A stretch of 64,000 bases of DNA from an uncultured delta proteobacterium (GCA_963816395.1 CAWFKQ010000016.1:128001-192000), one strand, 5' to 3'; shown: positions 21,097 to 32,217, counted from the stretch's first letter. Numbers and translations are program-made. The notes: a model not told the origin generated them from the sequence alone.

Positions 21097-23032
21097 TCAG
21101 CGGAAGAAGCGCCGCAGCAGGCCCCTGCTCTCCTGCTCCCGCTTCTCCTGGAGCTGGCGCAGGCCGGCGCGGGCCAGCGGCAGGCGGGCGTCGAGCTTGA
21201 GGGCTTTGTTGAACTCGATCTCGGCCAGGGCATCCTGGCCGGCCTCGAAGAGCATCCGTCCCTTGAAAGCGAAGGCTTCGGCCGAGCGCTCCAGGGTCAG
21301 GGAGCGGTTGAGCATCTGCCGCGCCTTGTCGAGGACGGCGCGGCTGCTGGCGTTGGCCGGGTTGCGGTAGATGGCCCACGCCAGGTGCGCCAGGTAGACG
21401 CCGTTTTCCGGCTCGATGTTGCAGGCGTCCTGCAGCGCCTTCTCGGCGCTGTCCCATTCCGCCATCTCCAGAAACACCTTGCCCGACTGAAACTGCACCT
21501 GGGACTGGAAGCGCTCGTCCCCTTTCCGCCCCAGGCCGATCTTCTCCGCGCCGAGCAGCTCATCGTAGCGCTCCTTCTTCACCACATCGGAAAGGGTATT
21601 GTAGGCGGCGCTGACGGTGGCCAGGATCTTTTCCACCGTGGCCGCCTCCTCGCCGGAGAGCCGCATCAGGGTGTCCGGGCCGAACTCCCGGGTCAGGGCG
21701 AAATAGCCTTCCTTGAGCCGGTCGAAGGAGAAGCGCTCCTGGCTGAGGCCGAAGATCTCGTAGTAATTTTTCCCCTCCAGGGAGCCGAGGGTGTCATGCA
21801 CCCTTTTTCTCCAAAGAGGGAGACGCCGGCGGGACGACGGCGTGGGCGGGGAGGGGGAAGGGCGGATTCCCCATCAGCCTCCTCGACCAGGTCGGCGAAG
21901 CTTTCCAGCGCCCCGCGGCAGGCGGCTCGGGATTTTCTTCGACGGCATTGAAGAGCGCCCGCAGGGGGAAGTCGGCTGCCTCCGGGGTGAGCGGCGCGGC
22001 GGCGAAGCGGACCATCGCCAGCAGATGCAGGGCGCGCATCAGGGGCAGCAGCTCTTCTTCCCCGGCCAGGCTGGCGGCCAGCGTCCGGGTGCCATCGAGG
22101 CGAGTCAGCAGCAGCTTCTCCGCCGGCGACAGAAGGAGGAAGTTGGCATGGCGGAAAAATTCCCGGGTGACGGCGACATACTGCTGGTCATTGTCGGTCC
22201 GAAAGCGCCGGTCGGCCGCCGGATCCGGGTGGCGGCTCAGCCCCTGATGAAAAATTTCCGGCAGGTTGACGGTAACCAGATGCAGCTCGGCTGGCGTGGC
22301 GAAGGGGCTGGCCTGCAGCGTCATTGCCGGCTCGCCGAAGGCACTGACCAGTTCCTGGTGCAGGTAATCGAGCCTTTCCTGCTGCAGGCGGGAATAGCCC
22401 AGGCAGCCCATCTGCACCAGGCTTTCCTCCCGGCAGCCGCTGTCCAGGAAATAGTCGTACTCGGCGGTTGCGAGCAGGCCCCGGTGCTGGAGGAAATCGC
22501 CGAAGTCGCGGTGAACGAAACCGGGGTGCAGCGCCACCGGGGCGCCGGCGAGAAACAGCAGATGCCGTTCGCCGCTGCCGTTGCGCAGCAGGAAGCGGCC
22601 GGAGAAACGCCGGGTAAAGGCCTGCTGCAGGTAGCGGGGGAAGGGGCGGGCGGGGGCGCCGGCGGCGGGGAGGAGCTGGTGCAGGGCGCCCAGCAGTTCC
22701 TCGGGGCGGAAGGGTTTCTCCAGGCAGTGCCGGACTCCCAGGTTCCGCACCGCCTGCAGGGGGCTTTCGCCCTGCCGGTCGCCGGTCATGACCACCACCG
22801 GCAAGTTTCTGGCAAGCGGCGACCGGCGCAGCTTCTCCAGCACCTCGAGGCCGCTCAGTTTGGCCAGGCGCAAATCGAGCAGCAGCAGCGCCGGCGGCGC
22901 GGCGGCAATCCGGCAGAGGGTCGCATGGCCATCCCGAACCCGTTCCACGGTCAGCCCGCGGCGCTGCAGAAAGTTCTCCAGCATGGCGGCAAACTGATCG
23001 TTCTCTTCGGCGATCAGGATTTTGGGTCCCAT
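21097..23032 (-). CDS. Response-regulator receiver + central domain + J-like domain + TPR protein (frameshifts around 21800-21900)
   Basis: N-terminal receiver (LLLLD, KPF); C-terminal NYYEIFGL..LKEGY..REFGPD (HPD replaced by GPD) and TPRs. Confidence 0.75.
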
Positions 23033-23035
23033 GGC

Positions 23036-24038
23036 TCACCGTCGGTGCAGCTGGAAGCGTCGCACCGCCTTGTTATGGTCCTTGAGGTTGCTGGAGAACT
23101 GGTGACTGCCGTCGCCGCGGGCGACGAAAAAGAGATAATCGACCGCCGCCGGGAAAGCCGCCGCGCGCAGAGCGTCCTCGCCCGGACTGGCGATAGGGCC
23201 GGGGGGCAGGCCGGGGATGCGGTAGGTATTGTAGGGGGTGCGGGTGACCAGGTCGTGCCGGGTGAGGTTGCCGTCGAAGTTCTCGATGCCGTAGATCACC
23301 GTCGGATCGGCCTGGAGGGGGATGCGGCGGCGCAGTCGGTTGTGGAAGACGGCCGAAATGAGGGGCATCTCCGCCGGGCTGCCAGCTTCCTTCTGGATAA
23401 TGGAGGCCAGGGTAACCAGCTGATGCAGGCTCATCCCCTGTGCCGTGGCCGCCGCCAGCAGCTCGGCCGACAGATGCTCGCGGAATTGGTGCACCATGGC
23501 TCGCAGCAAGGTGCGCGGTGTCATGCCGCGTGCAAAATAATAGGTTTCGGGGAAGAGATAGCCTTCCAGAGAAGTGGACCTCGATCCCCAGGGAGGCGAG
23601 AAACTCCGGGTCCGCCGCCGCCTGTATGATCTCCTGGGCCGCCCCGAGGCCTTCGGCTTCCAGGCGGCCGGCGATCTCCCGCAGGGTCAGCCCCTCGGGG
23701 ATGGTGAAGCGGTGGCGCTGCACGTCGCCGGCGACCAGCCGATCAAGCACGGTGCCGGGGGTAGCGGGAATGGTGAAGCCGTATTCCCCCGCCTGGGTGC
23801 GCCGGACATCGCCGCGCAGGTGGGCCAGCAGCTTGAACTTGCCGGCATCGGCGACCACCCCGGCAGCCTGCAGATTTTCAGCCACCTCCTGGAACGGTGC
23901 CCCGGACGGCACCGTCACCACCACGGGCGAGGGAGGAGTAAGGGGACGGTAGAGGAACAGGCCGAAGGAGACGGCGTACCAGGCCGCCAGCAAAAACGGC
24001 GGAACAAGGAGAAGATAGAGGGCGGGGCGCTTGATCAT
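23036..24038 (-). CDS. mltG: Endolytic transglycosylase MltG (frameshift near 23570)
   Basis: TIPEGL, EGYLFPETY region, LASIIQKE, NRL...LQADPTVIY, PYNTY..PGLPPGPI.SPG. Confidence 0.9.
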
Positions 24039-24123
24039 CGGCGGCAGAACCGGTAAGGCTGGAAAAAGGCTGGAAATTCCCGCCATCTTAGGGAATGGGC
24101 GAGGACAAGTCAAGGACGGGCGC

Positions 24124-24711
24124 TCAGGCCCGGAAGCGGTTTTCGCTGCCGTTGACCAGCCGCTGGATGTTGCTGCGGTGGCGAAGCACCACCAGGGCGC
24201 TGATCAGCAGGGCGGCCAGAAAGAGGGGAAGCGAACGCTCGGCCCAGAAGAGCAGAAAAGGGAGGATGCTGGCTGCCGTGAGGGAGGCGAGGGAGATGTA
24301 CCGCCATTTCCAGAGCACCAGGGCGAACGTGGCCAGCGCCCCCAGGACCGCCAGCGGTGAAAGGACCAGGTAGATACCGAGGCCCGTTGCCACCCCCTTT
24401 CCCCCCTTGAACAGGAGGTAGACGGGAAAACAGTGGCCGAGAAAGATCACCAGTGCTGTCGCTCCCACCTGCAGGGGCGGATAACGGTGGGACAGGACCA
24501 CATACAGCATCGGCAGCAGCCCCTTGAGGGTATCGCCCAGCAGGGTGAGGATACCCAGCCGCCGTCCCGCCACCCGGTAGACGTTGGAGGCGCCGATATT
24601 GCCGCTGCCGGCCTGGCGGACGTCGCCGACCCCGGCCAGGCGCGTGAGGATGACGCCGGTCGGGATGGCGCCGATCAGGTAACCGGCGAGGAGCAGCAGG
24701 GGAAAGCTCAC
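24124..24711 (-). CDS. plsY: Glycerol-3-phosphate acyltransferase
   Basis: GSGNIGASN, GHCFPVYL.FKGGKGVAT, HRSNIQRL..G.E. Confidence 0.95.
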   Translation of the reverse strand: MSFPLLLLAGYLIGAIPTGVILTRLAGVGDVRQAGSGNIGASNVYRVAGRRLGILTLLGDTLKGLLPMLYVVLSHRYPPLQVGATALVIFLGHCFPVYLLFKGGKGVATGLGIYLVLSPLAVLGALATFALVLWKWRYISLASLTAASILPFLLFWAERSLPLFLAALLISALVVLRHRSNIQRLVNGSENRFRA

Positions 24712-25006
24712 GGTGGACTCCAGAGTAGAAAAGCGGCCGCTTCTTCATCATGGGAAAGGCTTGGGGCGAGAAGGGGTTGCGACCTGCCCCGGGAACGAAT
24801 CCGGCGGTCACAGTTACCATGATTCTCCCGGAAAAGCAAGTTGTTTCAAGGTTTAGGGGGGCCGGCGAAGGTCCATCCACTCCGGACTGGGGCTGGCTCG
24901 AATGCGGAGAAAATGGTGGGTTTTCGAACCGGAAACGATTGGATTTTTCGATTCTTGGCCGTCAAGCCTGCCCTTCGGGGGGGGCGGGCACTCGCGCTCT
25001 CAATGG

Positions 25007-26413
25007 TCATCTGCTTTGCGGCTTCACCGGGGTGCGCAGCGAGTAGAGGAAGGCAATCAGCATGTCCTGTCCTTCGGCGCTGAGTCGTGCAAACCGGGTC
25101 CTCGATTTTTCCGCTTCGCCGCCGTGCAGCACAATGGCGTCCTTCAGCGTGGTGGCTCTGCCGTCGTGCAGGTAGGGCGCGGAATCGCGTACTCCCCAGA
25201 GCCGCGCCGTGATGAATTCCCGGTTCGTCCTGTCGCTCACCTGATCAAAGGATTCGGCCAGTTCATCCCCCATGTCATGTCTCTTCAGGTCCGAAAAGAG
25301 GGAAACGATCAGACCGCCTTTGCCGTCGGACAAGAACCCCGCACTTTCGCCGAGATCCTGCGCAAGATAGACGTTTTCCTCCGGATCGGTTGCAACCTCC
25401 GGATAGGCGTAGTTCAGCAGGCGGCTTTCCGTCTGCAGGTTGGGGATGTGACAGTCGGCGCAGCCGATCCGCGTGAACAGATCGAAGCCGCGCAGGGTTC
25501 CCGCGGTCGGATTCTCCATGATCGGCTGCGGCAGGGAAGTCACCCCGATGTGCACCGCCGAGACCTCGCCCACCAGGACTTCCCTGCTGACCCCATCGCC
25601 ATCGGCATCCTCGTCGCCGACGATTTCCACCGGCTGCATGCCGAGATGGAACTGCAGGGCGTTCAGGGCAAAATTTCGGACGGTGGGAAATTCCCCCTTG
25701 CGCCCGAAGGGCCGGACAACGAGATCTTCATCGATTCCCTGAATTCCGGAGGGATCGATGCGGCCGCTTTCGTCGGCGGTAATCTCTCCGAAATCAACCG
25801 ATTTGCTCTTCAGCCGAACCCGCTTCCCGGGGTGGTCGACGGCGAATTTTTTCAGTCCCTGGAGTTCGGCGGTCATTTCCTTGGCCAGCAGTTCAATGCC
25901 GCCGGCGCCGAACAGAAAAGGCGGATTGATGAAGCGGCCGTTGAACTCACCGGGATTCCCTTCCGCGACATCGATATAACTCGGCATGAGGATAGCGTTG
26001 GCATTGGCCCCCGCCATCCCGCCGACCCCGAAGATCGGTGGAATGCGGGAATTTCTGACGATGAAATGGCATTCCACGCAGGTCTGGGCATCCAGCCCGT
26101 TCACCCGCAGGAACGTGCCGTTCTTCTGCAGCGAGGGGCGATTGCCCAACAGCCTGGGATCGCCCTCCTGCGCATAATAATCACCGTCTCCATAGCCGTC
26201 ATATTTGTTGAAGGGGGTCGCGAACAACCGTAAGCCGATCGACCGGATCGCCTCCACAGACAATTCGCTCTCTACTTGTTTTTGGGTGACCCGTTGTTCC
26301 AACGGACCCCGATTGGGTCCCTCGGCTGTTCTCGTCTGCGCGGCTGCAGTACTCCCCAGGGCCAGGAAGAAAATGACGGCAAAAGGCAGATTCCTGCCGA
26401 TTTCACGCTTCAT
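25007..26413 (-). CDS. Secreted di-haem oxidoreductase (DHOR-like) c-type cytochrome
   Basis: Signal peptide; two CXXCH motifs (CVECH, CADCH); FSDLKRHDMG, LWG...PYLHDGRA, HGGEA. Confidence 0.82.
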   Translation of the reverse strand: MKREIGRNLPFAVIFFLALGSTAAAQTRTAEGPNRGPLEQRVTQKQVESELSVEAIRSIGLRLFATPFNKYDGYGDGDYYAQEGDPRLLGNRPSLQKNGTFLRVNGLDAQTCVECHFIVRNSRIPPIFGVGGMAGANANAILMPSYIDVAEGNPGEFNGRFINPPFLFGAGGIELLAKEMTAELQGLKKFAVDHPGKRVRLKSKSVDFGEITADESGRIDPSGIQGIDEDLVVRPFGRKGEFPTVRNFALNALQFHLGMQPVEIVGDEDADGDGVSREVLVGEVSAVHIGVTSLPQPIMENPTAGTLRGFDLFTRIGCADCHIPNLQTESRLLNYAYPEVATDPEENVYLAQDLGESAGFLSDGKGGLIVSLFSDLKRHDMGDELAESFDQVSDRTNREFITARLWGVRDSAPYLHDGRATTLKDAIVLHGGEAEKSRTRFARLSAEGQDMLIAFLYSLRTPVKPQSR

Positions 26414-26585
26414 GAATCCTCCCGGATCGCGACTGAACGGCCCGATATCTCATGAGTAAACTTAAACTCTTCAGATGTTGTTTACAGTAGCCTTCTCCTT
26501 TGTCAAGTTAGGTGGAGAAGCCGGATGGTCATGAAATCCTGGGCCGCCGGCGACTCTTACTGGATCATCGTCCTATCGGCCCTGC

Positions 26586-27788
26586 TCAGCCGAGCCGTTC
26601 GATCACGGTGGCAATCCCCTGGCCGCCGCCGATGCAGGCCGCAGCGCAGCCGAGCCGCCCCTGTCGCGCCTGCAGGGTGCGGGCCAGGGTGCCGAGGAGG
26701 CGGACGCCGGTGGCGCCGAGCGGGTGGCCGATGGCGATGGCGCCGCCGTGCACGTTGATCCGCTCGGCCGGGATGGCCAGCTCGCGGGCGGCGTTCAGGA
26801 CGACGACGCTGAAGGCTTCGTTGATCTCCCAGAAATCGATGTCCGCCGGTTGGAGACCGGCTTTTTCCAGGGCCATGCGGGCCGCCGGTACGGGTCCCGT
26901 CCCCATCAGGGTGGGATCGACGCCGGCAAAACCGAGAGAGCGGACGGCGGCCAAGGGGGCAATCCCCTTCTTTTCGGCGGTTTTCCGGGACATGAGCAGC
27001 AGCGAACTGGCCCCGGCGTTCAGGGGGGAGGAATTGCCGGCGGTGATGACGCCGTCCTCCCGGAAGACCGGCTTCAGCTGGGCCATGTCCTCCGGTCGCA
27101 CCTCGCTCCGTATCCCCTGATCGCGGTCGACCTGCATGACCGATCCGTCGGCCTGGCGGGCCGCGATCGGCAGGATCTCCCCGGCGAGAAAGCCCGCCGC
27201 CTGCGCCTCGGCGGCCCGCCGGTGGGAGCGGGCGCCCCAGCGGTCGAGCTCCTCGCGTGAGATGCCGGTGCGGGCGCAGAGCTTTTCCGCCGTCAGCCCC
27301 ATGTTCATGGCGGTGGCCAGGTCCCAGTGCCCGAAGCGCTCTTCCTGGTAAAGACGGGGGTTGAGGGAAAGCGTCCCCTGCTCGAACAGGGTGGGGCCGA
27401 CGGGCACTCTCCCCATGTGCTCCATTCCCGCGGCCAGGACGATGTCGGCATAGCCCGTGGCAATCTCCAGGAACCCGGCGTGGACTGCGGCCATGCTCGA
27501 ACCGCACTGCTGGTCGATGAAGCGGCTCGGAACCCGGGCGGGCAGATTGGCCAGGAAAAGAGGGGTGCGGCCGCCGAAGGTCCACTGCTCACTCACCCCG
27601 AGCGCCGAGCCGACCAGGAAATCATCCAGCTCCTCCCCGGCCGTACCGGCCCTTTTCAGCAGCTCCGGAACCAGCGCGGCCAGCAGATCGTCGGCGCGCA
27701 GGCTGGAGAAGCAGTCCCGCCCCGGGTCACCGGGGCGGACCCGGGAGAAGGGGGTGCGCACATATGCGGCGATGACGACATCCTGCAT
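26586..27788 (-). CDS. Acetyl-CoA C-acyltransferase (thiolase)
   Basis: QQCGSS, NEAF, GHPLGATG, CIGGGQG. Confidence 0.92.
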   Translation of the reverse strand: MQDVVIAAYVRTPFSRVRPGDPGRDCFSSLRADDLLAALVPELLKRAGTAGEELDDFLVGSALGVSEQWTFGGRTPLFLANLPARVPSRFIDQQCGSSMAAVHAGFLEIATGYADIVLAAGMEHMGRVPVGPTLFEQGTLSLNPRLYQEERFGHWDLATAMNMGLTAEKLCARTGISREELDRWGARSHRRAAEAQAAGFLAGEILPIAARQADGSVMQVDRDQGIRSEVRPEDMAQLKPVFREDGVITAGNSSPLNAGASSLLLMSRKTAEKKGIAPLAAVRSLGFAGVDPTLMGTGPVPAARMALEKAGLQPADIDFWEINEAFSVVVLNAARELAIPAERINVHGGAIAIGHPLGATGVRLLGTLARTLQARQGRLGCAAACIGGGQGIATVIERLG

Positions 27789-27884
27789 GGGTTCTCCTTG
27801 GACAATAGCAAGGATCATCCTGCCGCGGAAAAATCTGATCATCAATCTTCACGGCCGGTCGCCTTGGCGTTTTTGATCGGCACT

Positions 27885-29154
27885 CTATTCCGCCAGGCCG
27901 CACCAGCGGGATAGAAACAGCGCATACGCCCGGGCGACCTGCTGCAGGCTGTCGATACGCACCCGTTCGTTGGCGCCGTGGATCTCTTCGGCCACCGGGC
28001 CGTAGCAGGTCCCCTGTGCCCGGCCGAAGAAATGAAAGGCCCGCAGGTCGGTGGTGCAGGTGGAGACGTAGCTGGCGGCGTCGCGGCCGGTCAGGCTCCG
28101 GTGGCAGCCGTTCAGGGTCGCCAGGGCGGGCAGGTCGCGGCTGAGGGTGTGGCCCTCGGAGCGAAAGGCGTAGAACTCCACCTCCGGGGGATGGCGTACC
28201 AGCCACGGGTCCTCCCGCGCGGCCCCGGCGACGGCGTCCCGGATGCGGGTGCAGGTCTGCTCATAGGAGACGCCGGGGAAAAAGGCGAGGCGGCCGTGGA
28301 ATTCGGCGGCCGCCGGGACGGTGGAGGGCCAGTCGCCGCCGCGGACGATGCCGATGTTCAGGTTGAGGGGGTGCGCCAGTTCCCGGTATTCCGGGGGGCG
28401 CGCCTCGGCGTTCATCGCCGCTTCCAGGCGGCGCAGGGCGGCGATCAGCGGAAAGATGCGTTCGATGGCGTTTTCTCCCGCCGCGGTGTCCTGGACGTGG
28501 CCGGGAACGCCGCGCAGGCGCACCTTGAACCACAGGACCCCGACCTGGGCGGTGTAGAGGGTGGGGCCGAAAGGTTCGGGGATGAGCACCGCATCGGCGT
28601 CGTAGCCGGCCGCCAGGCAGGCCAGTGTTCCATTGCCGCAGCATTCCTCTTCGATCACCGCCTCCAGGGTCACCGGCGCTCGCAACCCGAACCCGGCCCT
28701 CTCCACGGCATGCAGCGCGTAAACCATGGCCGCCACGCCCCCCTTCATGTCCCCGGCGCCGCGGCCGTAGAGCCAGCCGTCACGGACCACCGGGGTGAAG
28801 GGATCGGTTTCCCAGAGATCCGCCGGCTCGGGGCTGACCACGTCCAGGTGGCCGTTGAACAGCGCGCTTTTGCCGCCGCTGGCGTCCGCCGGCCGCACCG
28901 CCGCCAGGTTGCAGCGTCCCGCGTAGCTCCAGGGCACCGGGGCGAAACCGGCATGTCCGGCGAGGGCGGACGGGATCGATCGCCACCCGTTCGGGCGGCA
29001 AACCGAGGTCCTGCAGGGCCTCCTCCATCACCGCCAGGGCGCCGGCCTCGTTCTCCAGCGTGCTCGGCTGGCGCACCAGCCGGCAGGTCAGGTCGAGGAT
29101 GTCCTCGGCCAGGGCGTCGACGGCGGCGACGATCTTCTCTTCGCGGGCGTCCAT
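27885..29154 (-). CDS. ArgE/DapE-family (M20) deacylase (frameshift near 28960)
   Basis: FNGHLDVV, GRGAGDMKGG, IEEE, IHGANE; N-terminus MDAREEKI lies in another frame. Confidence 0.88.
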
Positions 29155-29170
29155 GCCTGCTCCTTCCCCT

Positions 29171-29821
29171 TCAGAATCGCGGCATCTTCCCGTCGGCGAT
29201 CAGCAGCGGCGCCGCCGTCTTCTCCCGCACCTCCTCCGGGCTCGACTCGCCGGCCACCTCCCGCAGCAGCAGGCCCCGAGGGGTGACGTCGATGACCGCC
29301 AGTTCGGTGATGATGGTGCCGACGCAGGCTTTTGCGGTCAGCGGCAGGGTGCAGCGCTCGAGAATCTTGGGCTTTCCCTCCCGGGTGGTGTGCGCGGTGG
29401 TGACCACCACCCGGCGCGCTTTCTGCGCCAGCTCCATGCCGCCGCCGATCCCCGGCGTCAGCTGCCCCGGAATGGTCCAGTTGGCCAGGTCGCCGCCAGC
29501 GGAGACCTCCAGGGTGCCGAGGAAGGTGATGTCCACCCGCCCGCCGCGAATGATGGCAAAGGAGACGGCGCTGTCGAAAAAGGCGGCCCCCGGGGCCAGG
29601 GTGACGTAATTGGCGCCGGCGTCGATCAGGTTGCGGTCCTCGTCGCCGTTGCGGCAGCGCGGGCCGATGCCGAGGATGCCGTTTTCGGACTGGATGAACA
29701 CCTCGCAGCCGGCGGGCAGGTAGTCGGGAATCATGGTGGGGATGCCGATCCCCAGATTGATGACCTGTCCCGCGCGAATCTCCTGCGCCGCCCGGGCGGC
29801 GATCTTCTCCTTAGCGGACAT
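29171..29821 (-). CDS. 3-oxoacid CoA-transferase subunit B
   Basis: NLGIGIPT, QSENG, GIGGGMEL. Confidence 0.92.
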   Translation of the reverse strand: MSAKEKIAARAAQEIRAGQVINLGIGIPTMIPDYLPAGCEVFIQSENGILGIGPRCRNGDEDRNLIDAGANYVTLAPGAAFFDSAVSFAIIRGGRVDITFLGTLEVSAGGDLANWTIPGQLTPGIGGGMELAQKARRVVVTTAHTTREGKPKILERCTLPLTAKACVGTIITELAVIDVTPRGLLLREVAGESSPEEVREKTAAPLLIADGKMPRF

Positions 29822-30506
29822 GCTGCGGCAGGACTCCGTAGTCGGGGGTGAGTTCGTCCAGCAGGACGAGGTGATCGACGAAGGCGCCGGGCAGGTGAAT
29901 CCGGTCGGGCGCCAGCTCGCCGGTGGCGACGACCTCTTCGACCTCGACGATGACGGTTTCGGCAGCGGTGGCCATCAGCGGGGAGAAATTGCGGGCCGAT
30001 TTTGCAAAGACCAGGTTGCCCGCCCGGTCGGCTGCCGCCGCGTGGATCAACGCCACGTCGGCGCGCAGGGCTTCCTCCAGCAGCGCCTCGCGCCCATTGA
30101 GGCAGATCACCTGCCGCCGCTCCCGCAAAAGGGTGTCCAGCCCGATATCGGTGAGAACACCGAGCAGACCGGCCCCCCCGGCGCGGATCTTCTCCGCCAG
30201 AATCCCCTGCGGAAAGAGTTCGACCTCGATCTCGCCGCGGTTCATCATGGCGACCGCCAGGGGATTCAGGCCGATGTGCGAGGCGATCAGCCGCCGCACT
30301 CGCCCGGCCTCGAGCAGCCGGGAGATCCCCGTCCCCGGCTCATTGGCGTCATTTTTCACCAGGGTGAGGTTGCCGACGCCCCGCGCCGCCAGGCGCTCGA
30401 GCAGGGTAAAGGGGGTGCCGGGCGCGCCGAAGCCGCCGACCATGACCGTCTGGCCGTCGCGCACCCGCTCCAGGGCGCTGTCGATGGAGGTCGTCTTGTC
30501 GATCAT
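29811..30506 (-). CDS. 3-oxoacid CoA-transferase subunit A
   Basis: MIDKTT..DGQTVMVGGFG, PQGILAEKIRAGG, ARNFSPLMA. Confidence 0.92.
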   Translation of the reverse strand: MIDKTTSIDSALERVRDGQTVMVGGFGAPGTPFTLLERLAARGVGNLTLVKNDANEPGTGISRLLEAGRVRRLIASHIGLNPLAVAMMNRGEIEVELFPQGILAEKIRAGGAGLLGVLTDIGLDTLLRERRQVICLNGREALLEEALRADVALIHAAAADRAGNLVFAKSARNFSPLMATAAETVIVEVEEVVATGELAPDRIHLPGAFVDHLVLLDELTPDYGVLPQHVR

Positions 30507-30559
30507 TTTGATCCAACATCCACTTCCTTTTATCCTGTTTTTTACGTAAGTAGTTGTTT

Positions 30560-31936
30560 TCACAGGGTGACTCCCTTTTCCCGCAGCCCGGCTGCGGTGC
30601 GGGTGAGCGCCCGGTCCAGCAGTTCCAGCAGCTCGCCGATCTCCCGGCGGGTGACGATCAGGGGCGGCGCCACCATCACGTGATCGCCCCGCAGACCATT
30701 GAGGGAGCGGCGCGGGTAGACGATCAGCCCCTCCTCGTAGGCCAGGTCCGTCAGCAGAAAGTGGGCGTTCCACTCGGCGGGAAAAGGCTCGCGGGTCTTG
30801 CGGTCGCGCACCAGTTCGAGAGCCATGAGCAGCCCCTTTCCCCGCACATCGCCGATGATTTCGTGCTTTTTCTTCAGCCGGTCCAGACCGTTTTTCAGGG
30901 ATTGCCCCATCACCGCGGCATTCTCCGGCAGGCTGTTCTCGGTGATCACCTGGAGGACCTCGAGGCCGACCGCGCAGCCCATGGGGTTCCCGGCCAGGGT
31001 GTGGCCGTGGAAGAAGCCGCCGTTCGCCAGCATCTCCTCCACGTATTCGGTGCGCGCGGCGATGCCGCCCAAGGGGTAATAGCCGGCGGTCATCCCCTTG
31101 GACATGACCACGATATCCGCTTCCACGCCCCAGTGCTCGTAGGCGAACATCTTCCCGGTGCGGCCAAAGCCCGTCATCACCTCATCGAGGATGAGAAAGA
31201 TGCCGTACTTGCGGCAGATCTGCTGGATGACTTCGAAGTACCGCGGGGGCGGGACTGCCGCCCCGGTGCTGGCGCCGCCGATCGGCTCGGCGATGAAACC
31301 GGCGATGCTTTCCGGCCCCTCCTCCTGGATGGCTTTCTCCAGTTCCCAGGCGCATTGCAGATTGCAGGCCGGACGCTTGTGATGCGGGCAGCGGTAGCAA
31401 TAGGGCGCCTGAATTTTCGGGTGGGCCTGAATCATGGCCCGGAAAGGAATTTCCAGCGGGGCATAGGAGGTCAGGGACAGCGCTCCCAGCGTCGAGCCGT
31501 GATAGGACGGACGGCGGCTGATGAACTGCTGCCGCGATTTTTCACCGCGGTTGAAAAAATACTGCCGGCACAGCTTGATGGCCGCCTCCACCGCCTCCGA
31601 GCCGCTGGAGACGAAGAAGATCCGCTGCAGGTGCGGCGCCAGATTTTTCGCCAATTCGGCGGCGTAGCGATGGGCGGGCTCGTTCTCGAACTGGGTGCGG
31701 TAGGCGAACACCGCCTTGCGCGCCTGGTCGGCGAGCCGGTTCGCCACCCGGAAATTGCCGTGGCCGATGTTGCAGGTGACGGCGCCGGAGCTGCCGTCCA
31801 GGTATTTTTTTCCGGTGTGATCCCAGATGTAGATGCCTTCGGCCCGCTCGATGAACGGCAGCTTCTTGCGTGACTGGTAAAACAGGTGGTCGGTGCTGAA
31901 GGTCTCCAGGTGCTCCATGGCCGGCATATACTTCAT
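30560..31936 (-). CDS. Class III PLP-dependent aminotransferase
   Basis: YLDGSSGA, SGSEAVE, SYHGST, DEVMTGFGRTG, SKG with the PLP lysine. Confidence 0.93.
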   Translation of the reverse strand: MKYMPAMEHLETFSTDHLFYQSRKKLPFIERAEGIYIWDHTGKKYLDGSSGAVTCNIGHGNFRVANRLADQARKAVFAYRTQFENEPAHRYAAELAKNLAPHLQRIFFVSSGSEAVEAAIKLCRQYFFNRGEKSRQQFISRRPSYHGSTLGALSLTSYAPLEIPFRAMIQAHPKIQAPYCYRCPHHKRPACNLQCAWELEKAIQEEGPESIAGFIAEPIGGASTGAAVPPPRYFEVIQQICRKYGIFLILDEVMTGFGRTGKMFAYEHWGVEADIVVMSKGMTAGYYPLGGIAARTEYVEEMLANGGFFHGHTLAGNPMGCAVGLEVLQVITENSLPENAAVMGQSLKNGLDRLKKKHEIIGDVRGKGLLMALELVRDRKTREPFPAEWNAHFLLTDLAYEEGLIVYPRRSLNGLRGDHVMVAPPLIVTRREIGELLELLDRALTRTAAGLREKGVTL

Positions 31937-32053
31937 CCATTTCTCCCGGAGCTTTGAGCCGAACCGATCTTCGCCAGTTCGTTGCCCTTCAATATCCAGG
32001 GATCTCTTTGAGATAGAATTACAGAAAAGAGTTGTTTAAATTCTTTGGCCGGA

Positions 32054-32111
32054 TATGAATCTAGATTCATAGAAAAAATTCATTCTTGCTGATTATGAAT
32101 TATTATGCATA
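32054..32111. promoter_or_regulatory. Two palindromic operator-like sites upstream of the aminotransferase operon
   Basis: Perfect TATGAATCTAGATTCATA (32054-32071) and near copy TATGAATTATTATGCATA (32094-32111). Confidence 0.6.
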
Positions 32112-32217
32112 GTGTCTGGACTCGATTTTCACGGGATTACGAATTTATTAAGACCAACCCTATCAAAATATCCGGATTATTCAACCAGATAAAATATTGT
32201 GAGGGAATTTAACCAAA

